64,000 bases of DNA from an uncultured Oscillospiraceae bacterium (lineage in GTDB: Bacteria; Bacillota; Clostridia; Oscillospirales; Oscillospiraceae): the NCBI GenBank assembly GCA_934667095.1, contig CAKULE010000006.1:1720-65719 (forward strand), written 5' to 3'. Made by a program: the position numbers and the translations under genes. Of the stretch, positions 34,068 to 43,520 are shown piece after piece. Position 1 is the first letter of the stretch, and each line of letters starts with the position of its first letter. The notes beneath the pieces are model-generated. The model ran no database searches. It was given only the letters and a program-made list of their open reading frames with translations, and was not told the DNA's origin.

Positions 34068-35222
34068 ATGGGATTCAATTTTTTCCGCTGGCTCCGAGGG
34101 CGGCAGGCTGAGCCCATCAGCCCGGCGGCGATAGAGAGTGAACTGCTGGCGGACGGCTCCATCCGGGAGCTGGCCCTGCTGGCGGTGGAAAATCTCATCG
34201 GAAACGCACTGAGCAAGTGCGAGTTCCGCACCTTCCGGGGCGGCGAGATCACCCGAGGCCCGGAGTGGTACCTCTGGAACATGGAGCCAAACCAGAACCA
34301 GAACAGCACGGCCTTCCTGCACCAGCTGGTACATCAGCTGATCTGGGACCGAGATGCGCTGGTGGTGGAGAGCGGCGGCCGGCTCTACGTGGCGGACGCC
34401 TTCTGCAAGACGGAGTACGCCCTCTACGGCCACCGCTTTTCGCAGGTGCAGGTGGGGAACTTCACCTTTGACCGCACCTTCGACATGGAGGACGTGCTCT
34501 ATTTTGAGCTCTCCCACTGCGGGGCCCGGGCCGTGGTAGACCGGCTCTACCAGTCCTACGGCAAGCTGATTGCCTACGGTATGCGGGGCTATCAGCGCAG
34601 CCGGGGTGTCAAGGGCGTGCTGACCCTGGACACGACGCTGGCGGGGGATAAGCAGTTCACGGAAACCTACGAGCGGATTAAGAATGACGGCTTCCGCCGC
34701 TTTGCAGAGGCGGAGAACGCCGTCCTGCCGGTCTACAAGGGCATGGGCTTTGAGGAGCTGGGCAGCAAGACCTACTCCGCGGACACCACCCGGGACATCC
34801 GCTCTATGATCGACGATGTGACCGACTTTACTGCCCGGGCCTTCGGTGTCCCGGCCCCTCTGCTCAACGGCAGCGTGCAGGACGTGGCCTCGGCCACATC
34901 CCAGCTGTTGACCTTTTGTATCGACCCGATAGTGGACAACCTGGAGGAGGAGATCAACCGGAAGCGGTACGGCGAGCAGGCGTTCCTTCGCGGCGACTGT
35001 CTCTCCATCTCCACCAACAGCATCCAGCACGTTGACCTGCTCTCCGTGGCGCCCAGCGTGGACAAACTCCTTGCCTCCGGCGTCTGCTGCGTCAACGATC
35101 TCCGCGCGCTGACCGGCCAGCCGCTCATCAACGAGCCCTGGGCGTGGAAGCATTTTATGACCAAAAATTACGCGGCGCTGGAAGCAGAAATCGCCGCATC
35201 GGGAGGAGGTGAAAACACTTGA
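34068..35222 (+). CDS. phage portal protein (HK97-type)
   Basis: RBS AAGGAGG 34054-60, ATG 34068. 384 aa, between TerL and the prohead protease. Confidence 0.85.
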   Translation: MGFNFFRWLRGRQAEPISPAAIESELLADGSIRELALLAVENLIGNALSKCEFRTFRGGEITRGPEWYLWNMEPNQNQNSTAFLHQLVHQLIWDRDALVVESGGRLYVADAFCKTEYALYGHRFSQVQVGNFTFDRTFDMEDVLYFELSHCGARAVVDRLYQSYGKLIAYGMRGYQRSRGVKGVLTLDTTLAGDKQFTETYERIKNDGFRRFAEAENAVLPVYKGMGFEELGSKTYSADTTRDIRSMIDDVTDFTARAFGVPAPLLNGSVQDVASATSQLLTFCIDPIVDNLEEEINRKRYGEQAFLRGDCLSISTNSIQHVDLLSVAPSVDKLLASGVCCVNDLRALTGQPLINEPWAWKHFMTKNYAALEAEIAASGGGENT

Positions 35223-36022
35223 AGCATGAACGCATGAAGATCGACTTCCGGCAGCAGGCCGAGGCCCCCTCCGTGCTGGACCTGTACATCTACGACGAGG
35301 TGAAGCCGGACGGCTTCGACTGGTGGACCTGGGAGATGACCCAGAGCGAGACCTCCGCGAACTTCTTCCGGGATAAGCTGGCGGAGTACCCCGACGTCAG
35401 CCAGATCAACCTGTATATCAATTCCGTGGGCGGCTCTGTGCTGGAGGGCTACGGCATTTACGCACAGCTTCGCCGGCATCCGGCCAAGGTCACGGCCTAC
35501 GTGGACGGCTTCGCCTGCTCCATCGCCTCGGTGATCGCCATGGCGGCCGACCACATTGTGATGTCCGTAGGCTCCATGATGCTGATTCACAATATGCTGG
35601 ACTACTGCTACGGCAACGCAGCAGACCACCGCAAGACCGCCGATGACCTTGACCGCATGATGGAGGGCAACCGCCAGATCTATCTCCAGCGGACGGCCGG
35701 CAAGCTCACGGAAGACAAGCTGACTGAGATGCTGGACGCCGAAACGTGGCTCACGGCCCAGGACTGTATGACCTATGGCCTATGTGACGAGATCGCCGGG
35801 GAGGTCAAGGACCCGTCCGGTCTGGCCCAGCGGGTGCAGGCCATGTCTTCGGCGCTGGTACAGCAGATCCAGTACTACCGCGCGGCCCGGCAGCAGCTTT
35901 CCGCCGCACTGGACGCCCGGCCTGCTGCTGCGGAGCTTACTGCGCCGCAGACCCCTCCCACACCGGCGGAAAAGACCGTATCCACATTTTTGACTGAGCT
36001 CGCAGAGCTTGGAAAGGAGTAA
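35219..36022 (+). CDS. ClpP-family prohead maturation protease
   Basis: INSVGGSVLEGYGIYAQLRRHPAKVTAYVDGFACSIASVIAMAAD...MMLIHN is an S14 ClpP-like core. Start TTG 35219 or ATG 35234. Confidence 0.85.
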   Translation: MKHERMKIDFRQQAEAPSVLDLYIYDEVKPDGFDWWTWEMTQSETSANFFRDKLAEYPDVSQINLYINSVGGSVLEGYGIYAQLRRHPAKVTAYVDGFACSIASVIAMAADHIVMSVGSMMLIHNMLDYCYGNAADHRKTADDLDRMMEGNRQIYLQRTAGKLTEDKLTEMLDAETWLTAQDCMTYGLCDEIAGEVKDPSGLAQRVQAMSSALVQQIQYYRAARQQLSAALDARPAAAELTAPQTPPTPAEKTVSTFLTELAELGKE

Positions 36023-36025
36023 GTA

Positions 36026-37210
36026 ATGAAAAACAAAGACACGATCCAGCAGGCCAGACAGGCCATTCTCCAGCGGATGACCGACGCCACCCGCAGCAAC
36101 GACGCCGAGGCCTTTTCCCAGGCCTTTGACGAACTCTCCCAGCTGGTGCAGGACGGCATCCTGGAACAGGTCCAGGATCTCCAGCAGAGCCGGGACAATG
36201 CCGTGCTGGCCGCCCGCGGCCTGCGTGTGCTGACCATCCAGGAGCGGAAGTTCTACACTGACCTGGCCCAGGCGTGGCGTGAGCCCGATCCCCGGCAGGC
36301 GCTGTCTACCATCGACACCGTCATGCCCGAGACCGTGATCAACGCTGTGTTTGATGAGCTCCAGACGGCTCATCCGCTGCTGTCCGCCATCAACTTCCAG
36401 AACACCGGCGCGCTGGTGAAGATCCTGCTGGCCACCGACGGCGGCGCTGCCGCCTGGGGTGAGCTGGGCGACGAGGTGACGGCCGAGCTGACCGCCAGCT
36501 TCACCGAGGTGGATCTGACCATGGCGCAGCTCACGGCCTTCATCCCCGTGGGCAAGTACATTCTGGAGCTGGGCCCCGAGTGGATCGACACCTATGTGCG
36601 CCAGCTGCTCGCCGAGGCGCTGGCCTCCAAGCTGGAATACGGCGTGGTGGACGGTACGGGCAAGAATATGCCCATCGGTGCGGACCGGAAGCTCTCCGGT
36701 GCCAACGACGGCGTCTATCCGCTGAAGACCGCCACCAAGGTCACCTCGCTGGATGCCGAGACCTACGGCTCTCTGCTGGCGACCATCGCCACCGGCCGCA
36801 ACGGCAAGCCCCGGGCCGTGCCCGAGGTGATCCTTGTGGTCAATCCCGCGGACTACTTCACCCGTGTCATGCCCGCTACTACCGCCCGCCTTACGGACGG
36901 CACCTATCTTCGGGACATCTTCCCCTATCCCACCAAGGTGATTCAGTCCTGCGCGGTCCCCAGCGGCAAGGCGATTCTCGGTCTGGCCTCCAAGTACTTC
37001 CTCGGCGTGGGCACCCAGAGCGGCGGCAAGATCGAGTATGACGACTCCGTCCGCTTCCTCAACCGCCAGCGGGTCTATCTGACCTACCTGTATGGCAACG
37101 GTCGGGCGCTGGACGAGAACGCCTTCCTGCTGCTGGACATTTCCGGCCTCAAGCCCTACGTGCCCACCGTTAAGACGGTGACCGAGGCGGCTGCGGCCTC
37201 CGGCACCTAA
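36026..37210 (+). CDS. major capsid protein (HK97 fold) with N-terminal scaffold-like delta domain
   Basis: 394 aa. Position after the protease. Helical N-terminal ~100 aa. Confidence 0.85.
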   Translation: MKNKDTIQQARQAILQRMTDATRSNDAEAFSQAFDELSQLVQDGILEQVQDLQQSRDNAVLAARGLRVLTIQERKFYTDLAQAWREPDPRQALSTIDTVMPETVINAVFDELQTAHPLLSAINFQNTGALVKILLATDGGAAAWGELGDEVTAELTASFTEVDLTMAQLTAFIPVGKYILELGPEWIDTYVRQLLAEALASKLEYGVVDGTGKNMPIGADRKLSGANDGVYPLKTATKVTSLDAETYGSLLATIATGRNGKPRAVPEVILVVNPADYFTRVMPATTARLTDGTYLRDIFPYPTKVIQSCAVPSGKAILGLASKYFLGVGTQSGGKIEYDDSVRFLNRQRVYLTYLYGNGRALDENAFLLLDISGLKPYVPTVKTVTEAAAASGT

Positions 37211-37218
37211 GCCGACCT

Positions 37219-37521
37219 ATGGACAGTCTGCCGGACGGGCTGCTGGATGCCGTCCGCAACTATTTGGACATCACTTGGGTGGATGACGCCGGGGACGAGA
37301 AGCTCTCCGGCGTCATCGCCCGGGGGATTGCCTATCTGGACCGTGTTGCGGGGGTACAGCAGGACTATAAGACTGAAACGGAGGCCCGGGGCCTGCTCTT
37401 TGACTACTGCCGGTACGCCCGGGCCAATTCGCTGCCCAGCTTCGGCGTGGACTATGCCGACGAGCTGATGGCGCTGCACATGGCGGGGGAGGTGGCACAG
37501 GATGACACCGCAGACCTTTAA
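37219..37521 (+). CDS. head-tail connector (gp6-like) protein
   Basis: 100 aa. LLDAVRNYLDITWVDDAGDEKLSGVIARGIAYL is a typical gp6-like start. Confidence 0.7.
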   Translation: MDSLPDGLLDAVRNYLDITWVDDAGDEKLSGVIARGIAYLDRVAGVQQDYKTETEARGLLFDYCRYARANSLPSFGVDYADELMALHMAGEVAQDDTADL

Positions 37522-37849
37522 CGATGGCGTGGTGCGGATCTTCCGCACCGCCGACACCGGAGAGCCCGGCGGCGCTCCGCAGATGGAGCTGACCCCGCTC
37601 TGTGTTCTGCGCTATCACGAGCGCACGGTGGGCTTCCGCCGCTATTATGCCGCCGCCCAGGCCAATGTTAAGGTGTCCAAGCTGCTGAGGTGTCCCAGAT
37701 ACTTCTGTGTGTCTCAGCAGGACGTGGCCGTCCCCGTGGATGGTCGGCAGTACATGATCACGTTGATCCAGTATCCAGAGGACGTGCAGCCGCCGGTGAT
37801 GGATCTGACGCTGGAGGAGGTGGCCCAAGTCTATGAGCCGACTCGATGA
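37502..37849 (+). CDS. head closure / head-tail adaptor protein
   Basis: 115 aa. FNDGVVRIFR...LRYHERTVGFRRYYAA pattern of SPP1 gp16-like head closure proteins. Confidence 0.7.
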   Translation: MTPQTFNDGVVRIFRTADTGEPGGAPQMELTPLCVLRYHERTVGFRRYYAAAQANVKVSKLLRCPRYFCVSQQDVAVPVDGRQYMITLIQYPEDVQPPVMDLTLEEVAQVYEPTR

Positions 37850-38150
37850 AGTCAAGGCCGCCCTGCTGACCTGTACGAACCGGGTCTATCACTTCTTTGC
37901 CGCTAAGGCGGACCCGCCCTATATCACATGGAGCGAGAGCGGCCGGCCGGGCTTCCATGCCGGTGACCGGCGGGAGGAGTACAGCGATACCGGCACCGTC
38001 CACCTGTTCACCCGGAACGAGTGCGACCTGCTGGTGGGCAAGATCGAAGCGGCGCTGGATGAGCATGGTATCGGCTGCGAGCTGGAGGCTGTGCAGTGTG
38101 AGAGCGACACCGGCCTGTTCCACTACACGTGGTCGTGGGAGGCGGGCTGA
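37833..38150 (+). CDS. phage neck/tail-completion protein (hypothetical)
   Basis: 105-aa ORF, translationally coupled within the head-tail joining cluster. Confidence 0.5.
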   Translation: MSRLDEVKAALLTCTNRVYHFFAAKADPPYITWSESGRPGFHAGDRREEYSDTGTVHLFTRNECDLLVGKIEAALDEHGIGCELEAVQCESDTGLFHYTWSWEAG

Positions 38151-38551
38151 TGGCAAAGCTGTCTTTTGACTACCCGCGCGGGCAAATATCCCAGCTGGAT
38201 CGGCTCATGTCGGAGGACCTTGCGTGTAAGATGGTCAATGCGGCGACGCCGGTGATAAAGAAACACCTTGTGCGCCGGTTGGCGGGACATGTCCAGAGCG
38301 GCGATCTCCGCAAAAGTATCCAGACCAAAAAAGCGAAACGCTTTGATCACAGTGATGGAGTCTATGGGGTTGTTTGGGCCTATGGGAAAGACCACAAAGG
38401 CGTCAAGAATGGGTCTAAGCTGGCCATGATGGAGTACGGAACATCCAAGTATCCGCCGACCCCGGTCGTTGCGCCAGCGATGGCCAGCGCCGAGGCTGAG
38501 GCGGTGGCCGCCGCCCAGGCGGTCTACAACCAAGAAATCAACAAGAAATGA
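38150..38551 (+). CDS. HK97 gp10-family tail component
   Basis: ATG overlaps the previous stop (TGATG). KKHLVRRLAGHVQSGDLRKSI...GSKLAMMEYGTSKYPPTP resembles gp10-like proteins. Confidence 0.65.
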   Translation: MAKLSFDYPRGQISQLDRLMSEDLACKMVNAATPVIKKHLVRRLAGHVQSGDLRKSIQTKKAKRFDHSDGVYGVVWAYGKDHKGVKNGSKLAMMEYGTSKYPPTPVVAPAMASAEAEAVAAAQAVYNQEINKK

Positions 38552-38567
38552 GAAAGGTGTGATCTAT

Positions 38568-39140
38568 ATGGCGATGAAGGGCCATAACCGGCAGGGCTAC
38601 TGCGTCCTGTCCATCAACGACCCCGGTGACGGTTCCGCTGCGACCGAAACGCTGGGGACCGGTGTGCTGACCAATCACGTGGTCACCTTTACCGGTTCTC
38701 CCGGCTCCGAGGATACGGAGCTCTACGCCGGCGACGTGTTGGAGGAGAGTGAGAGCAGCCCTGTGGGCAGCGTCAAGGTGGAGCTGTCCCAGCTTCCGCT
38801 GAAGGACGAGGCGGCGCTGGGCGGCCATACCTATTCCGAGGATGACGGCATGACTGTCGGCGAGAACGACAGCGCCCCCTACGTGCGCTATGCCGCTATC
38901 GGTGTAGGCGTACGCAAGGGTGTCACTTTCTACCGGCTGGTGTGCTACTACAAGGTCAAGTTCGGCGCCCCCGATGACGACTTTGCCACCAAGGAGAAGA
39001 CGGTGAGCTATAAGACCCACAGCATGTCCGGCACGACCTTCCCCAATGCCTCCGGCAACGTGCGGTTCAAGCAGGACTACACGACCTTCGACGCGGCGCT
39101 GACCAAGATGAAGGACCTGCTGAACATCAAGGGGGGCTAA
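38568..39140 (+). CDS. major tail protein (phi13/TP901-1-like)
   Basis: ATG 38568. 190 aa. Position before the chaperone and tape measure genes. No sheath gene present. Confidence 0.75.
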   Translation: MAMKGHNRQGYCVLSINDPGDGSAATETLGTGVLTNHVVTFTGSPGSEDTELYAGDVLEESESSPVGSVKVELSQLPLKDEAALGGHTYSEDDGMTVGENDSAPYVRYAAIGVGVRKGVTFYRLVCYYKVKFGAPDDDFATKEKTVSYKTHSMSGTTFPNASGNVRFKQDYTTFDAALTKMKDLLNIKGG

Positions 39141-39144
39141 GGCT

Positions 39145-39627
39145 GTGCGGACGATTACGCTGGGCGGGAGCGAGTATCCCATCCATGCCACGGTGACCGT
39201 GGATGCTGAGATCACCCGCCGGTATAACCAGACCATTCTGGCCGCCGAGGAGGCGGCCAGAGAGGAGGCCGAGCGGGAGGGCCTCAACGACGGGCAGACG
39301 GCCCTGCTCATCGACAGGCGGAAGTCCATGGCGCTGAAGCGGTACGTGTCCGACCGGGAGAACGACCTGCTCCAGATCGCCCTGCTCATCAACGCCGCCG
39401 TGGACTACGAGCGGGTCATCAACGGCCGGGACATCTCGGCCGAGGTCCCCCACTACCCGCTGACGGCGCAGAAGGTTGGCCTGCTGGCCTCGCTGGACGA
39501 CCTCAACCGGGAGGGTACCGTGCAGGCCATTGTGGACGAGTTCCTTGATTGCAGAGGCGGTGACCGAAAAAACTTGACGGCCGGGCAGCTCCGGGAGATG
39601 GCGCAGACGTTGATGACCTCTGTATAG
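39145..39627 (+). CDS. tail assembly chaperone (gpG-like)
   Basis: 160-aa acidic protein between the major tail and tape measure genes. GTG start. Confidence 0.75.
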   Translation: MRTITLGGSEYPIHATVTVDAEITRRYNQTILAAEEAAREEAEREGLNDGQTALLIDRRKSMALKRYVSDRENDLLQIALLINAAVDYERVINGRDISAEVPHYPLTAQKVGLLASLDDLNREGTVQAIVDEFLDCRGGDRKNLTAGQLREMAQTLMTSV

Positions 39628-39794
39628 ATCCCCGCAGCTTCGCCCGGCTGCAATATATCGCCTGTACGCTGCTGGGGTATTCCGGGCTGGAGTACCGGGT
39701 CATGCGCACGGCGGAGATTGCGGAGCAGTTCTCCATTTACTGTGAGCTTCACGGGGTGGAAACAGGCTCTGAGGATGAGGAGGTGAGCTTTTGA
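39145..39794 (+). CDS. tail assembly chaperone G-T-like fusion made by -1 programmed frameshift at 39567-39573
   Basis: The -1 frame is open from 39564 to TGA 39792-39794. The zero-frame heptamer A_AAA_AAC lies inside the overlap. The extension ends at the tape-measure start. Confidence 0.65.
39567..39573 (+). other. -1 ribosomal frameshift slippery heptamer A AAA AAC
   Basis: Zero-frame codons cgA AAA AAC (R-K-N) fit the X XXY YYZ rule. Confidence 0.65.
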
Positions 39795-41461
39795 GCGGGA
39801 ATACGATCAACGCAAAGTTTGTCGTGGAAGGCGAACGGGAATACCGGCAGGCCTTGAACGAGATCAATGCTGGGCTGAAGGTGAACTACGCTCAGATGGG
39901 GCTGGTGGCCGCACAGTACAGCGAGGCGGGGAAGAGCCAGGACGCTCTGCGGGCAAAGAGCAAAGCGCTTGCTGAAACCATACTCTCCCAACGTGACAAG
40001 GTGGCCCTGCTGGAGGCCCGCTTGAAGGCAAGCGTTGAGGCGACAGGGCAGGGCAGTAAAAAGTCCATGGAATACCAGTCTGCGCTGCTCAAGGCGCAGA
40101 CGGCCCTGCAAAAGCTGGAGAACCAGCAGAGCGAATACACAGAGGCGCTGAAGACTGCCAACTCCGAAACTACCTCTCTCGCCGACGTAGTCAACAAGGT
40201 CACCGATATGCTGGGTGTCAAGGTGCCGCCGGCGCTGCAAGGTGTGGTGGACAAGCTGGACGGCGTTTCCGCCTCTGGTGCGGCGTTGGTGGGGATTCTG
40301 GGTGCGGCAGGTACTGCGTTAGCCAAGCTGACCATCAGCACAGCCCAGACCGCCGATGACCTGCTCACTCTCTCCAGCACCAGCGGCATGAGTACGGACG
40401 CCTTGCAGGAGTTTGCTTACATGGCCGACCTGGTGGACACCTCTGTGGACACCATCAACTCCAGCGTGACCCGGATGGTTAAGAACATGGGCACGGCCCG
40501 GACCGGCTCGGGTGAGGCCGCTGCGGCCTTTGCTCAGCTCCGCGTGCGGATTACCGACGCCCGGGGACAACTGAGGGATTCCTCCGAGGTGTTCACCGAG
40601 GTCATCGACCGGCTGGGGCGCATGACCAACGAAACGGAACGGGACGCGCTGGCCATGCAGATCTTTGGCCGGAGTGCCCGGGAACTGAATCCTCTGATCG
40701 AGGCCGGCGGGCAGAAGCTGAAAGAGTTGGCAAACCAGGCACACGAAGTGGGCTATGTGATGGATAGTGAAACGCTGAACCGCTTCGGCGCCCTCCAGGA
40801 CCAGCTGGACGAGATGAGCAAGCAGTCCGATGCGCTGAAGAACAGCTTGGCACTGGCGCTCCTGCCGGTGCTGACATCCCTGTTTTCTGTCATCAGCAAT
40901 ATCCCGGTACCAGTCATGCAGACGCTTATCGTGCTGACAGCCACAATTACTTCACTCCTTTTGGTAGTCAAGGCTATCAAGGACATCAGCGGGGCAGTAA
41001 AGGGCGTCAAGACCCTGCTGTCTCCCGCCAATGCAGCGATGCTCAAGACTACAGCCATCATCCTCGGCGTAGTGGCGGCGCTCATTGCCCTGGGCGTGAT
41101 CATCGCTGTCATCTCCGGACGGGGGAAGGATCTCACCAACGCCATGGAGAGCGTGGGCACCACGGTGGGGACCGTGCAGGGCCGGGTGACCTCGACGCAG
41201 AACACCTATCCGAGGAACGCCACGGGCACCCGCTTCTGGGCCGGCGGCCGCACGATGGTAGGCGAGAACGGCCCGGAGGTCGTGGATCTTCCCCGGGGCA
41301 GCCGGGTCTACAAGACCGGTTCTGCTCCGGCGACCAGTGGAAGCTACACGGACAACAGCCAGTACGTGTTCCGGGTGGACGACATTGAGACCTACGGCAA
41401 AATCGAACGCCGGCTCAAACGGGAACGCCAGAGCCGGCGCATGGGCTACGTGGAGGTGTAG
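39791..41461 (+). CDS. tail tape measure protein
   Basis: 556 aa. Coiled-coil N-terminus, TP901-type core (ALQEFAYMADLVDTS...FGRSARELNPLI) and a hydrophobic segment. TTG start after GGAGG. Confidence 0.85.
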   Translation: MSGNTINAKFVVEGEREYRQALNEINAGLKVNYAQMGLVAAQYSEAGKSQDALRAKSKALAETILSQRDKVALLEARLKASVEATGQGSKKSMEYQSALLKAQTALQKLENQQSEYTEALKTANSETTSLADVVNKVTDMLGVKVPPALQGVVDKLDGVSASGAALVGILGAAGTALAKLTISTAQTADDLLTLSSTSGMSTDALQEFAYMADLVDTSVDTINSSVTRMVKNMGTARTGSGEAAAAFAQLRVRITDARGQLRDSSEVFTEVIDRLGRMTNETERDALAMQIFGRSARELNPLIEAGGQKLKELANQAHEVGYVMDSETLNRFGALQDQLDEMSKQSDALKNSLALALLPVLTSLFSVISNIPVPVMQTLIVLTATITSLLLVVKAIKDISGAVKGVKTLLSPANAAMLKTTAIILGVVAALIALGVIIAVISGRGKDLTNAMESVGTTVGTVQGRVTSTQNTYPRNATGTRFWAGGRTMVGENGPEVVDLPRGSRVYKTGSAPATSGSYTDNSQYVFRVDDIETYGKIERRLKRERQSRRMGYVEV

Positions 41462-41462
41462 T

Positions 41463-43520
41463 ATGGCAGACGTACAAGAAGTTATCTCAGCAAAGAAAAT
41501 TTATGCGGTAGATCTCGAAACTGGGACAAGGACCGAGCAGACAGGAGCGACCGTAACGGTCAAACATTCGATTACTGGGTACAAGTATTCAAGCGGAGCG
41601 ACCGGCTATGCGGGTAATAGTTTGGAGTTCGAGTTCGATCTGTCCGAAAATCCCAATGCTGATTCCAAGACGCTGGAAGGAATGGTGTCTGCCAGCATTG
41701 TGAGCAAGACGGCGACCGGCAGCGGCAACCTGCCCAGCGGAGGATTCACGGGGATGTTAACTGCGGCAGGTTCTGTGTATGTTAATTCGCTGGACGTGTA
41801 TTGCCGGGACAGGGAGGCACAAAACCCAATTAACACCTGTTATGAAAAGCTGGTGACCGGGTATATGGAACTCGGAGCGATTTCGAAGGTCAAACGGTTG
41901 ATGACCGTTGTGGGCGTTCAGGATGACATTTACGGGAACGTTACCTACAATGTCTCAGCTCAAGTGGTAATCAGCGGTATCGCCAGCCAGAGCCCGCCTA
42001 AATTGGATGCCGTCTGGAAGGACATCGTGCCCAAGATCTCCGGGCTGACCCCGGCCAAGGGGGCATTTGTGAACGAGAAGGCGGACGTGGTGTTCGGCTG
42101 GGCTTTCTCGGCGGCCAAGAGCTACAATGGGACGCCCACCACGCAGGCCGGCGGCAAGCTGGAGTGGCGTGTGACCGGCGAGGACGCTGTCCATGAGGTA
42201 TCCTTCACCGGTGCTGGGACATCTGTGACGCTTCCGGCCAACTCCATCCCGACCTCGGTAACCAGCGTGGACTGGCGGGTGACGGTTACCACCATCCACA
42301 GCGTGAGCACGACTTCTGACTGGATCACGGTTTCCACGGTGGATGTAGCCCCATCCGTTCCGACAGAGCTTCAGCCGGCGGACAGCGTGGTTGACAACCG
42401 GGTGCCGCTTACTTTCTCTTGGCAGCACAATATCTCCACGGGCAGCGCTCAGGGCGGAGCGGAGCTGCAATACTCGGAGGACGGCAGCACGTGGACGGCG
42501 CTGGCTGAGGTCGGCGGCAAGGAACAGAGCTGCGAGATTGGTGCAGGAGCTCTGCCCTCTGGTACGGTCCAGTGGCGTGTGCGGACGCTGAACTCTGACG
42601 GGCAGGCGGGGGAGTGGAGCACTCCTGTGACCATCATTTCCAAGTCTCGCCCGGCGGCGCCGGTGATCAGTGCCGTGACCGCAACTCCTCGCCCAACGGT
42701 GGAGTGGCAGAGTGGAGAGCAGATCGGATACCGGGTAGTGTTTGCTTCGGCCGCTGGAGACCTATATGACACGGGGGAGAGATACGGAACGGTCAAGTCT
42801 GCCCGGTGCCCGGGGTTTCTGCCGGACGGCCTGGCGACGGTCACCGTGAGCATCTGCAACGCTGTCGGGCTGTGGGCCAGCGCGGAGAGCGAGATCACCA
42901 TGGCCAACGAGCCCGGGGCGGAGATTGCCCTTCAGGCCCAGCAGATCCCCGGGGCGGTCAAGCTGACGTGGAGCACGCCCGGCAGCTACGGCAAGTATTA
43001 CGTCCTGCGCAACGGCGAGCCGGTGGCCAAGCTCACTGGGACCCAGTGGACGGACCGGGCGGCCTCCGGGGTCAACCGCTACACGGTGATGGGAGTGACC
43101 GGGGACAACTACCGGCTCAGCCCGGAGGTGTCCGCCGAGAGCCGTATCCGCAGCGTCATCCTGTTCGCTGCCGAAACCAACGGCCCCTTCATCCAGCTTT
43201 ACAAGCACAAGGGCTCCCCGCCCCAAATCAGCCGGGACTGCTCGGCCGCCGTCAGCTACCAGCACTTTGCCGGCGAAGCCTGGCCCACAGCTTTTGACGG
43301 CGGCTGCCGGGACATGAGCGCAGCCATGTCCTTCACCATCCTCCACGGAGAGCTGCCGAAACTGGCCGCTCTAATCGGCCGTGTGGTCTGCGTCAAGGAC
43401 AGCGGCGAGGCCGCCTTCTATGCCATCCTGGACTCCGTGGGGCAGAACGTCTGGCGGCGTACGGATGTGGAGCTGAAGCTCACCCGGGTGGCCTTTCGGG
43501 AGCAGGTGGACTATGAGTAA
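41463..43520 (+). CDS. distal tail protein (Dit-like) with inserted FN3/Ig-like repeats
   Basis: ATG 41463 after GGAGG. Repeated ~90-aa units ending in W-R-V motifs (EWRVTGED, DWRVTVTT, VQWRVRTLNSDGQAGEWS). Position after the tape measure gene. Confidence 0.65.
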   Translation: MADVQEVISAKKIYAVDLETGTRTEQTGATVTVKHSITGYKYSSGATGYAGNSLEFEFDLSENPNADSKTLEGMVSASIVSKTATGSGNLPSGGFTGMLTAAGSVYVNSLDVYCRDREAQNPINTCYEKLVTGYMELGAISKVKRLMTVVGVQDDIYGNVTYNVSAQVVISGIASQSPPKLDAVWKDIVPKISGLTPAKGAFVNEKADVVFGWAFSAAKSYNGTPTTQAGGKLEWRVTGEDAVHEVSFTGAGTSVTLPANSIPTSVTSVDWRVTVTTIHSVSTTSDWITVSTVDVAPSVPTELQPADSVVDNRVPLTFSWQHNISTGSAQGGAELQYSEDGSTWTALAEVGGKEQSCEIGAGALPSGTVQWRVRTLNSDGQAGEWSTPVTIISKSRPAAPVISAVTATPRPTVEWQSGEQIGYRVVFASAAGDLYDTGERYGTVKSARCPGFLPDGLATVTVSICNAVGLWASAESEITMANEPGAEIALQAQQIPGAVKLTWSTPGSYGKYYVLRNGEPVAKLTGTQWTDRAASGVNRYTVMGVTGDNYRLSPEVSAESRIRSVILFAAETNGPFIQLYKHKGSPPQISRDCSAAVSYQHFAGEAWPTAFDGGCRDMSAAMSFTILHGELPKLAALIGRVVCVKDSGEAAFYAILDSVGQNVWRRTDVELKLTRVAFREQVDYE

